A stretch of DNA of 58,786 bases. Origin: a virus (taxonomy: Duplodnaviria > Caudoviricetes). Below are positions 36,721 through 44,699 of the stretch, piece after piece. Numbering within the stretch: position 1 is the first letter of the stretch; every line of letters starts with the position of its first letter. Location: the IMG/VR virus record IMGVR_UViG_3300036846_001130, positions 1 through 58,786 of that record. One strand, written 5' to 3'. The notes under the pieces were generated by a model. It worked only from the letters and a program-made list of their open reading frames with translations, did no database searches and was not told the origin of the DNA. The translations under genes were made by a program, and so were the position numbers.

Positions 36721-36945
36721 ATGCCAGTTCAAACGGTAAACACCTACGCCTTCTGCGTGAAGCGCCTCTCGGGGATCAGCAGCTCCGGCGTGCAGAACGG
36801 GCAATACGAAGGCGAGCAAGTCTACGTCGTCGCCACTTCGCTGGCGAATGCGCAGGCCACGCTGGCCGCAAACTACGGCTCCGATCTCGGCCCGGTAACC
36901 GGAGGAGCCGCGAAGACTCCGGGGGCCATCACCCAGTTGGCGTGA
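36721..36945 (+). CDS. Small protein, paralog 1 of 3
   Basis: MPVQTVNTY...YGSDL; GGAGG RBS. Confidence 0.75.
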   Translation: MPVQTVNTYAFCVKRLSGISSSGVQNGQYEGEQVYVVATSLANAQATLAANYGSDLGPVTGGAAKTPGAITQLA

Positions 36946-36955
36946 GGAGGGACAA

Positions 36956-37225
36956 ATGGCAGTTCAAACGACGAACGTTTACCGCTGTACGGCTGTGCTC
37001 AAATCGGCGAGCCAGACGGGCGCTCACGCCGCCGAGATAGTGGTGTGCGCGCAGAATGCAGCTGGGGCGCAGGCCGTGGTGGCCGCCGTCTTCGGCAGTG
37101 ATCTCAACTTCATACGCGGCCCGGTGCTAGCCATGCAGGGCGTGTACACCACCATGACCGGAAGCTTGCTGGATGCGCCGCTTGACCATCAGCGCGGCGA
37201 GCATGTGGCGCACGCCAAAAACTGA
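36956..37225 (+). CDS. Small protein, paralog 2 of 3
   Basis: MAVQTTNVY...FGSDL..IRGPVL...TTMTGSL. Confidence 0.75.
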   Translation: MAVQTTNVYRCTAVLKSASQTGAHAAEIVVCAQNAAGAQAVVAAVFGSDLNFIRGPVLAMQGVYTTMTGSLLDAPLDHQRGEHVAHAKN

Positions 37226-37237
37226 AAAGGGGGAGCC

Positions 37238-37546
37238 ATGGCAGTCCAAATCATGAACGTCTACCGCTCTACCGTCGTCCTGAACTCTCTGATCGATGGG
37301 GGCTACGGCATGGCCGGAATCGAAGTCGCGGTGATCGCGGAAAGCCCGGACGCGGTGATGCCAATTCTGCAGGCCCAGTACGGCAGTGACATCGCGAGCG
37401 TCCGTGGTCCGGTGCTGGTCGTCGAGGGAGCTTTGACCACCATGACCGGGTCACTGCGGAAGGCACCAGCGGCACCAGCTCCGCCGCCTGCCGATGAAGA
37501 AGAGAGCGAGCATCATCCGGCCAAGCACGCCGCGAAAAAAAACTGA
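37238..37546 (+). CDS. Small protein, paralog 3 of 3
   Basis: MAVQIMNVY...YGSDI..VRGPVL...TTMTGSL. Confidence 0.75.
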   Translation: MAVQIMNVYRSTVVLNSLIDGGYGMAGIEVAVIAESPDAVMPILQAQYGSDIASVRGPVLVVEGALTTMTGSLRKAPAAPAPPPADEEESEHHPAKHAAKKN

Positions 37547-37599
37547 AGCCGCCGCCGCGTCCGGCCAAAAAGAAAGTTCCAACGAGGAGAAGGTGAGTC

Positions 37600-38034
37600 A
37601 TGGGTGCAGGCAATCCGGAAAATCTGACCAGCAAGGGCAAGCGCTGGGAAAAAGGCCAGTCGGGCAATCCTTCCGGCAGGCCCACGCGCATGTTCACGCT
37701 GGTCACCATGGCGCTGCGCGAGAAGCTGGCTGCGGTCGATCCCAAGACCAAGAAGACCTACGCGCAGCGCATTGCCGACCTGCTGCTCAACTGCGCCATC
37801 GATCCCGATCCCGAGCTGGACAAGACGCGCATCATGGCGCTGTCGGAGATCATCGACCGCTGCGAAGGCAAGCCCAAGCAGCAGCTCGATGTCAACGACG
37901 TTACCGCTGAGCTGCGCGCCCGCTCCGATGAAGACCTGATGTTCAAGCTGGAGCACGGCTACTGGCCGGAGGACGCCTCCATGGAGAAACGCAACCGCAG
38001 GATTCTGGAAGCAGGCAAAGAAATTACGCAGTGA
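37600..38034 (+). CDS. Terminase small subunit candidate (DUF5681-like)
   Basis: WEKGQSGNPSGRP; EIIDRCEGKPKQ; directly upstream of TerL ATPase. Confidence 0.75.
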   Translation: MGAGNPENLTSKGKRWEKGQSGNPSGRPTRMFTLVTMALREKLAAVDPKTKKTYAQRIADLLLNCAIDPDPELDKTRIMALSEIIDRCEGKPKQQLDVNDVTAELRARSDEDLMFKLEHGYWPEDASMEKRNRRILEAGKEITQ

Positions 38035-38720
38035 GTGATACCGCACTTTCGCTCGGCAACCGCGAGCGCGTCATCACCGACATCCTGATCAAGCAGGAAC
38101 TGGAACGCAGGCGGATATGGACACTGTGTGCCCAAAAAGTCGCGAGCTTCGAGGCCGGGCCGATGCTCTGGTTGACCAAGCACACGGCCACCGAGGATTT
38201 GCACTGGCTGCAAAAGGGCACGCCTCCGGTCGCGCCTTTTCCGGCGAAGCCCTATCTGCTGGTGGCGATGAGCTACCTGCTCACCAACGACACGATTTTC
38301 ATTCCCAAGTCGCGGGAGATGATGACGTCGTGGCTGGTGTGCGGCTACATCTCTTGGATGTGCCAGTGGCTGCCGCACATCTTCTGGATTCTGCAGACCG
38401 AGAAGGAAGACAAGGCCACGCAGCTGATCGACTACTGCCGCATTCTCTACAACCGCCAGCCCGACTGGATGAAGGAACGCAATCCGCTGGTGGTCTCGAA
38501 CTCGGTCGAGATCACGCGGGCCAACGGCTCGCACGTGCTCGCGGTTCCGCAGGGAGAGAACCAAGTTCGTTTGTTTCACCCTTACGGCTACATGCAGGAC
38601 GAAAGCGCCTTCCTGCCTGAAGCCGAGCAATCGTTCAACGCGGTGCGCCCGGTCTGCAAGCAAATCGTGGCGGTCTCTTCGGATGAAATCGGCTGGTTCC
38701 ACAACGAGTGCAAGCGCTGA
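38031..38720 (+). CDS. terL: Terminase large subunit, N-terminal ATPase part
   Basis: Walker A-like IPKSREMMTSW, Walker B YMQDESAF, coupling motif VAVSS, then GWF. Confidence 0.85.
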   Translation: MSDTALSLGNRERVITDILIKQELERRRIWTLCAQKVASFEAGPMLWLTKHTATEDLHWLQKGTPPVAPFPAKPYLLVAMSYLLTNDTIFIPKSREMMTSWLVCGYISWMCQWLPHIFWILQTEKEDKATQLIDYCRILYNRQPDWMKERNPLVVSNSVEITRANGSHVLAVPQGENQVRLFHPYGYMQDESAFLPEAEQSFNAVRPVCKQIVAVSSDEIGWFHNECKR

Positions 38721-39079
38721 TGCTGACTTCTGGGGGTTACACCATCAGGCCGGACGGTTCGCTGGTGATCTCGACCACGCTGCAAGCGGGAGCGAGTAAG
38801 ACCACCAGAGGTTTGATTTTCAATCCAGATGGTTCGCTGTTCACGGCCACCCTTACCATGCCGACCGGGAGCTATGTCAGTTCCGAGGGATGGCGCTATG
38901 ACCCGAACGGCGCACTGGTGACCAACGTGACCAAGAAAGCCGGAGCATTTCTAAATTCTGACGGCTTCACTCTTAATCCGAATGGTGCTGTCTTGATTTC
39001 GGGAACTAAGCAGGCGGGCGCAGTCACCACCAGCCGCCAGCTCACCTTCAACCCGGATGGTTCTCTGTTCGCATACTAG
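38720..39079 (+). CDS. Protein of five ~25-aa NPDGSL repeats
   Basis: RPDGSL, NPDGSL, DPNGAL, NPNGAV, NPDGSL; TGATG coupling. Confidence 0.7.
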   Translation: MLTSGGYTIRPDGSLVISTTLQAGASKTTRGLIFNPDGSLFTATLTMPTGSYVSSEGWRYDPNGALVTNVTKKAGAFLNSDGFTLNPNGAVLISGTKQAGAVTTSRQLTFNPDGSLFAY

Positions 39080-39089
39080 GAGGCAAACT

Positions 39090-39242
39090 GTGATCTCAAT
39101 CATCCTGCTCGTATTCGCGTTCGTCCTTGCATGTCTCGCGGCGAAGAATATCGGCGCGCCGAACTGGTCTCTGGGCTGGGCCGCCATCGCGTTCTATTTT
39201 TTGAGCCTTCTGCTCGGCAGCATAGGCACGCACTGGCACTGA
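39090..39242 (+). CDS. Small two-TM membrane protein (holin candidate)
   Basis: Two hydrophobic segments; AGGAGG RBS, GTG start. Confidence 0.6.
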   Translation: MISIILLVFAFVLACLAAKNIGAPNWSLGWAAIAFYFLSLLLGSIGTHWH

Positions 39243-39255
39243 AGGGAGTTAAGTC

Positions 39256-39486
39256 ATGGCAATCCTGTCAGAGGCCGCCAAGAGAGCGGTGCCGAAATCG
39301 GAGCGCGGCGTGCCCGGCAAATCCGGCACAGGCAGCTATCCCATGCCCAATGCCCGGCATGCTGCAGCCGCTGTGGGCTTCGCCGCGATGCATCACGGTG
39401 CAGCCTTCGCTTCCAAGATTCGCGCCAAAGCCCGCAGGCTGGGATTCGCGGGCGGCAAAAAGAAATCGGCGTTTTACGGAGAGTGA
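39256..39486 (+). CDS. Small basic protein (DUF6582-like) ending SAFYGE
   Basis: SYPMPNARHAAAA...KIRAKARRLG. Confidence 0.75.
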   Translation: MAILSEAAKRAVPKSERGVPGKSGTGSYPMPNARHAAAAVGFAAMHHGAAFASKIRAKARRLGFAGGKKKSAFYGE

Positions 39487-39489
39487 AAC

Positions 39490-40122
39490 ATGTTCGGCGA
39501 TCCCGATCAGCGCGACCACATGCTGGCAGGTATCAAGCGGGCCTATAACTCGCCGAAGACACCGGAACACTTGCGCCCGCATCTCGGGCGACGACTACAA
39601 GGAGGCACCATGGCATTCCCACCTCGCAAAACGATTGTTGGTCCGCTCGGACGCTCGCCGATTGTGACGCGCACCTCGCGTACCGCGACCACGCCGATCA
39701 AAACTTTGGTCGGCTCGACTGTGCGCCCTCCGGTGAAAACACAGGTGGGCAATCTGGCTGCGCCTCGACCGAAAACACTGGTCGGCAATCTGGCAGCTCC
39801 GCCTCCGAAGACCACACCCGCGAATCTGGGCAAGGGCGGGACCAAGCCGCTGGGCATGCCTGCGGCAGATCGCGGCGCGATCCAGACCACGAACCCGATC
39901 TCCAGCTCGCGTAGCTTCGGCATGAGCGACGGTAATCCCGGTCGCAGCGTGTCCCCGATGCCGAAGCCTGCCGGAGGTCCGGTCAATCCCACTTTCGACT
40001 TCAAGCGCGCTCTGAATGACACCTCGATTCAGGACGGCGGCATGGGACCGACTGCCAAGCGCATGGGGCGCGCTCCGAGTCGCGGGTCGCGCACCCGGCG
40101 CAGCGCATTCTTCGGCGAATGA
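39490..40122 (+). CDS. Basic Pro-rich repeat protein ending SAFFGE
   Basis: KT.VGNLAAP repeats; possible second start at 39610 (GGAGG RBS). Confidence 0.7.
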   Translation: MFGDPDQRDHMLAGIKRAYNSPKTPEHLRPHLGRRLQGGTMAFPPRKTIVGPLGRSPIVTRTSRTATTPIKTLVGSTVRPPVKTQVGNLAAPRPKTLVGNLAAPPPKTTPANLGKGGTKPLGMPAADRGAIQTTNPISSSRSFGMSDGNPGRSVSPMPKPAGGPVNPTFDFKRALNDTSIQDGGMGPTAKRMGRAPSRGSRTRRSAFFGE

Positions 40123-40125
40123 GCC

Positions 40126-40335
40126 ATGGCAAGAGTCTCGGCTGCGTCCGTCGACTACATGGAATTGCAGGGGGCACGCAAGGATGCCGACTGCGATCAC
40201 GTCGTGGTGAAGGGCGGAGTCAGTTCGCGGCTGGGTTGCTGCAATGACTTCCGCCCTGATCCCGGCACGCAGGCCTTCAAGTGTGGAACCTGTCAGCACC
40301 TCGTCCGCATCCACGATCCTCTGTACGCGCGGTGA
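40126..40335 (+). CDS. Small Cys-rich protein
   Basis: DCDHV..GGVS..LGCCNDF...CGTC. Confidence 0.65.
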   Translation: MARVSAASVDYMELQGARKDADCDHVVVKGGVSSRLGCCNDFRPDPGTQAFKCGTCQHLVRIHDPLYAR

Positions 40336-40338
40336 ACC

Positions 40339-40527
40339 ATGCCCACTGAACATTTCAAATCGCAAGAGGCCTATCGCAAGTGGACGGCCTACCGCCACAT
40401 TCACGGCATCCCGGCCCCGAATCTGAAGACTGCCATCGTGGCAGGGAAGCCGCACAAGGTGAAGCACAGCGAGCTGTCGCTGCCTGCGATGCGGGAAAAG
40501 AAGCGCGAAGCTTTTTATGGCGAATGA
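40339..40527 (+). CDS. Small basic protein ending EAFYGE
   Basis: FKSQEAYRKWTAYRHIHG; overlaps start of TerL-C. Confidence 0.7.
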   Translation: MPTEHFKSQEAYRKWTAYRHIHGIPAPNLKTAIVAGKPHKVKHSELSLPAMREKKREAFYGE

Positions 40528-41566
40528 CAACGTAGAGCATCCCCACATCGGGATGTCTTCGTGGAAAAACCATCACGGGATCACCATCCTGCGGCTGCAC
40601 TACAGTGCCGATCCGGACAAAGGCGAAGGCGAGACCACCTACGTCAAGGAAATCAACAAGCATCTCTCGCCGTGGGCGCTGACCGCTTACGGGCGCATGA
40701 CCGATCCCACGCTGTACCTGAAAGAGTACGAGATCGATGCCGAGGCCACGCTGGGCGCGAAGCTGTTCCAGTTCACCGAGGAGGTCACAGTCGAGCCAGT
40801 GCGCGAGATTCCGCCCGAGTGGACGCGGCGCATGTCGGTCGATCCGCATCCCGGCATCCCGCACGCCCACCTTTGGGCCGCTACCGATCCATGGGGAGAT
40901 CGCTGGTACTACCGCGAAGTGTGGCCTTCGAAGGTTTGCTACGAGTGGAGGAACGGCATTCTCTACGGCAAGCCCGGCCCCTGCCCGCAGGATGAGCGCG
41001 GGCCGAACATCCTTGAGTACGCACAGACCATCAAGTACCTCGAATCCGCCGAGAACCCGGAGAATCGGCAGGGCAAGGAAGCGTTCGAGGAGGAAATTTT
41101 CGCGCGCGTGATCGACTACGCGGCGCGCGCCTTCGGCAAGGGCACCAACGACGACCCTGAGCAGGAAAACTATCAGCAGCGCTACGAGAAGCACCTCAGT
41201 GATCTCGAAGTAAGCCGTCCCTACTTCGATGACGCCAAGAAAGATCGACAGGTCGGCGTCGAGGTAGTGAATGAGGGCCTGAAGATCATCGAGCGCATGG
41301 GCAACGATGGCGAGTATCACAAGACCAGCCGCATTCACATTCTCGGCGAGCGCTGCCCTGAGCTGATCCACCAGCTGAAAAGCAATCGCCGCCAGCTGCT
41401 TTCGCCGCTACAGATCGAGCGGCAGGACCCCACAGGCAAGCCCGTGAAGGTTCGCAACCACATGACCGACAACCTGCGTTACATCGAGATGGCCAATCCC
41501 ATCTACGTGGCGAAGGAAGTTTTTTACGACTCTTTCCAGCCTGTTGCTCGCGGATTTTCTTACTAG
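40517..41566 (+). CDS. terL: Terminase large subunit, C-terminal lid plus RNase-H-like nuclease part
   Basis: LRLHYSADPDK, KEYEID, MSVDPH, NHMTDNLRY; precedes portal. Confidence 0.85.
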   Translation: MANDNVEHPHIGMSSWKNHHGITILRLHYSADPDKGEGETTYVKEINKHLSPWALTAYGRMTDPTLYLKEYEIDAEATLGAKLFQFTEEVTVEPVREIPPEWTRRMSVDPHPGIPHAHLWAATDPWGDRWYYREVWPSKVCYEWRNGILYGKPGPCPQDERGPNILEYAQTIKYLESAENPENRQGKEAFEEEIFARVIDYAARAFGKGTNDDPEQENYQQRYEKHLSDLEVSRPYFDDAKKDRQVGVEVVNEGLKIIERMGNDGEYHKTSRIHILGERCPELIHQLKSNRRQLLSPLQIERQDPTGKPVKVRNHMTDNLRYIEMANPIYVAKEVFYDSFQPVARGFSY

Positions 41567-41568
41567 CC

Positions 41569-44289
41569 ATGGCAGCCCGCCAGAGACCCATTCTTGAGAA
41601 CGAGCACCGACTCGTCACCGACATCATTGAGCGGCGCAACGAGAGCCGCAAGTGGATGCGGAAGAACATGCACGACGAGATGACCGAGGTATGGCGCGCC
41701 ATCAAGTGCAAGACCGCGCCGATTTTCAAGAAGGACCGGGCAGGCGTCGACACACAGGCGGAAGACAAATCGCGCACCAACGTGGCGATGCCCGACCTGA
41801 ACATCATCTATCGCCGCAACGCGGCGCGCATGACCGCCGCGCCCTATCGCCTGCGCTACACCGGAGGCGATCCCCTGACCGCCGAGATGCTTTCCAGCCT
41901 CGCCATGCAGCAGTACGCGCGCTCCGATGAGCCGTTCCACGATGTGCGCTGCGTGCTGGCCTCGGAGGCCTTCGGCTGGGGCTACACCAAACTTTACTGG
42001 GACAAGCTGGTGCGCACGATGACCTTCCGCAAGGCCATCATGAAGGGCAATGACGTCGTCTACCGTGACCGGGGTTCGATCATGCGCTCGCAGGGCGCGA
42101 ACGACAACGAGATCGAGGAAGCCATCGGCGCGATGGGGCCGGAGATGGACGACACCGAGATCGCGCGCTTCATGGCGAAAAGCGGCACGGAGGTGCAGGT
42201 GCCGCAGGAGACCACCCAGTATGAAGGCCCGCTCGTAAAGTGGATTTTCAATGGCGACCTGTACATCGAGCCGAATGCGCCCACGCTGGAGCGGTCGAGC
42301 TACTGCATCGAGCAGTTCACCGAGAACGATTTCTGGCTGGAAAAAATGTCGCGGCTTACCTACGAGGACCCCGACAGTGGCGAGGAAGTCTCCGCCTTCG
42401 ATCCCGAAGCGCTGCAGGAACTGATCGACACCGGAGGCGATACCGAGACCAAAGATCAGGAGCCGGGTGACGATCTGCGCGACATGTTCAACGCCGCCAT
42501 CGGGCGGGAGCGCGAGCAGGAGTATTACCTGCCGAAGAATCTGCGCCCGCGCAAAAAGTTCAACATCATCGAGCAACACTCACAGGATCGCGACGATGGC
42601 AGGTTCTACATTTCGTGGTGCTCGGAGAAGTGGCGTGACCGACTGCTGGGCCGTATGCCCTACCAGTTCGATCTCTACGGCAAATATCAGTACACCGACA
42701 TGTGCCCGCTGCCCGACCTGATCCTCAGCTACGGCGATTCCACGCCCCGCCTGCTGCGTCACATTTACATGATGCACAACCTGACGGTCGCGCAGAATTT
42801 CGATTACGTGACCAACCTGCTGAAGCCTTTCCTGCTCCGCCGTATGGGCGTGAACATCGAGCCAGAAGTGGTGGTGCGCGGACTCTTCCGTGAGCTGCAG
42901 GTCGCCGACCTGAACGGCGTGAAGCTGCTGCAGGAACCGCCGCTGCCTGCGGGCGCATTCGAACGCGAGGCCCAGCTGATGCGCATGATGGCGCTGGCTG
43001 AGCCATCGCTCACCTCGACCGAGAGTGGCACGGGAGCCAACCCGCAGGCGGGCAAGACGGCGACCACCGCGCTGCTGGCTTCGAAGTCTGCCGACGCTCT
43101 TACGCAATTCAAGCTGGACGGGCGCAATCGCTACCTGCGCGAACTGGGCCTCAAGAAGCTGTGGATGAATCAGCAGGGCCGCGAGCAGAACCAGCGCTGG
43201 ACGGTGGAGGCGCGCTACTGGGGAGAAGGCCTGCGCAAACGGGTCGAGGCCATCGAAGGCCCGCCGCCCGACTGGGCAATGACCGAGCGCTATGGCGGCA
43301 AGGTCTCGGCGATCAAGCTCGATCCGATGGACATTCAGGAAGATTTCGAAGTCGAGCCGGAGGCAGGTTCCTATCTGGCCGTCGACGACGAGATGCGCCA
43401 GCAGGCGGCGCAGAATCTCACGCAGGTCGCGATGGGCAATCCCGACATCATCGACCGCCGCAAGGTGATCCGCTTTCAGATGTCGACCATTCGCGGCATC
43501 GGCAACCCTGACGATTATTTCCTGCCCGAGATGCAAGGGCCGCCACCGCCACCGCCGCCGAAGATCAACGTGAACATTCAGGTGCCGATGGACAAGATGC
43601 CGAGCGACGTGGTGAATCAGCTGCTGCCGGAAATCGGCCTGCAGCCTTCGCAGATGCTGGAACACAAAGACGCGATGAGCGCGGTGACGCAGGCAGGCGA
43701 GGCTTCCGAAGCTGCCGACTCGATGATGAGTCCCGGCGAGAGCGAGCAGCAGGAACATGAGATGGGGGCCGAGCATGCCATGCAGGTCTCCGATCAGGCG
43801 CACGAAGCTGGGCTGCAGAGCGATCAGCAGGACCACGACATGCTCATGAAGGTGCATCAGGCCGCGCACGAACGCACCCAGCAGGATCGCGAGCACCGCA
43901 ACGCTCTCGATCAGAATGCGCAGCAGCACGTGCACTCCGTGGTACAGGCCGAGCAGCAGCACAGGCACGCGCTCACGCAAGGAGTGCAGCAGCAGGCGGG
44001 ACAAGCCGCGCAGAAAGGCGCAGAGATCGCCTCGAAGGAGCGCCAGCAAGGTGCCGGGCTGAAGTCGCAGGAACGCATCGCCAGCCAGCGCAACAAGCCC
44101 AATGGAAAACCCAACGGCAAACCGAAGGCTGCGGGCGGTGGCGAGAAGCAAACGCAGCCGCCGATGGTGCTGCACCTGAAGATCGATCACGGCACTGAAG
44201 GCGCTCCCAAGCGCACCAAGAAAACCGTGAAGCTGATTCGCGGCGAGGACGGCGTGACCACAGGCGCGGAGATCAACGAGGAAGAGTGA
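41569..44289 (+). CDS. Portal protein (P22/podovirus-like) with long C-terminal coiled coil
   Basis: 906 aa after terminase; GWGYTKLYW, KTATTA; Gln/His-rich tail. Confidence 0.85.
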   Translation: MAARQRPILENEHRLVTDIIERRNESRKWMRKNMHDEMTEVWRAIKCKTAPIFKKDRAGVDTQAEDKSRTNVAMPDLNIIYRRNAARMTAAPYRLRYTGGDPLTAEMLSSLAMQQYARSDEPFHDVRCVLASEAFGWGYTKLYWDKLVRTMTFRKAIMKGNDVVYRDRGSIMRSQGANDNEIEEAIGAMGPEMDDTEIARFMAKSGTEVQVPQETTQYEGPLVKWIFNGDLYIEPNAPTLERSSYCIEQFTENDFWLEKMSRLTYEDPDSGEEVSAFDPEALQELIDTGGDTETKDQEPGDDLRDMFNAAIGREREQEYYLPKNLRPRKKFNIIEQHSQDRDDGRFYISWCSEKWRDRLLGRMPYQFDLYGKYQYTDMCPLPDLILSYGDSTPRLLRHIYMMHNLTVAQNFDYVTNLLKPFLLRRMGVNIEPEVVVRGLFRELQVADLNGVKLLQEPPLPAGAFEREAQLMRMMALAEPSLTSTESGTGANPQAGKTATTALLASKSADALTQFKLDGRNRYLRELGLKKLWMNQQGREQNQRWTVEARYWGEGLRKRVEAIEGPPPDWAMTERYGGKVSAIKLDPMDIQEDFEVEPEAGSYLAVDDEMRQQAAQNLTQVAMGNPDIIDRRKVIRFQMSTIRGIGNPDDYFLPEMQGPPPPPPPKINVNIQVPMDKMPSDVVNQLLPEIGLQPSQMLEHKDAMSAVTQAGEASEAADSMMSPGESEQQEHEMGAEHAMQVSDQAHEAGLQSDQQDHDMLMKVHQAAHERTQQDREHRNALDQNAQQHVHSVVQAEQQHRHALTQGVQQQAGQAAQKGAEIASKERQQGAGLKSQERIASQRNKPNGKPNGKPKAAGGGEKQTQPPMVLHLKIDHGTEGAPKRTKKTVKLIRGEDGVTTGAEINEEE

Positions 44290-44699
44290 TCGCCTCAGGC
44301 ATTGCAACCAGCTACAAGCGGGAAATTCTCGACGGCATCCACGATGCTGGTGACGAATACATGATCGCTCTCTTCAGCGCGGGCGCGGACATCGGGCCGG
44401 ACACCAAGAGTTACACCGGGCAGGATGGCGAAGTGCACGGCTCCGGCTACGTGAAGGGCGGGCAGCAACTTAAAGGGCGCGCCTCAGGGACATCGGGCAC
44501 GACAGCCTACGTGACATTTTCGAACCCGCGCTGGTCTGGCGCATCGTTCACCGCGCGCGGCGCGCTGATCTACAACGCGAGCAAGGAAGATCGCGCGGTC
44601 GCGGTGATGAATTTCGGGCAGGACTACACCTGCACCAGCGGCGAGTTCGCCGTCAGCCTTCCGGCAGCAGGCAAGGACGCAATCGTGGTGGTGGCATAA
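44286..44699 (+). CDS. Conserved virion structural protein
   Basis: TSYKREILDG.H...GSGYVKGG...FTARGALIYN. Confidence 0.75.
   Translation: MIASGIATSYKREILDGIHDAGDEYMIALFSAGADIGPDTKSYTGQDGEVHGSGYVKGGQQLKGRASGTSGTTAYVTFSNPRWSGASFTARGALIYNASKEDRAVAVMNFGQDYTCTSGEFAVSLPAAGKDAIVVVA

Noticed and set aside
38721-40516. Group I/II intron or intein explaining the terL gap
   Set aside because: Gap is filled by six ORFs with normal coupling; no HNH/LAGLIDADG/GIY-YIG/RT or intein motifs seen; not formally excluded without a covariance search
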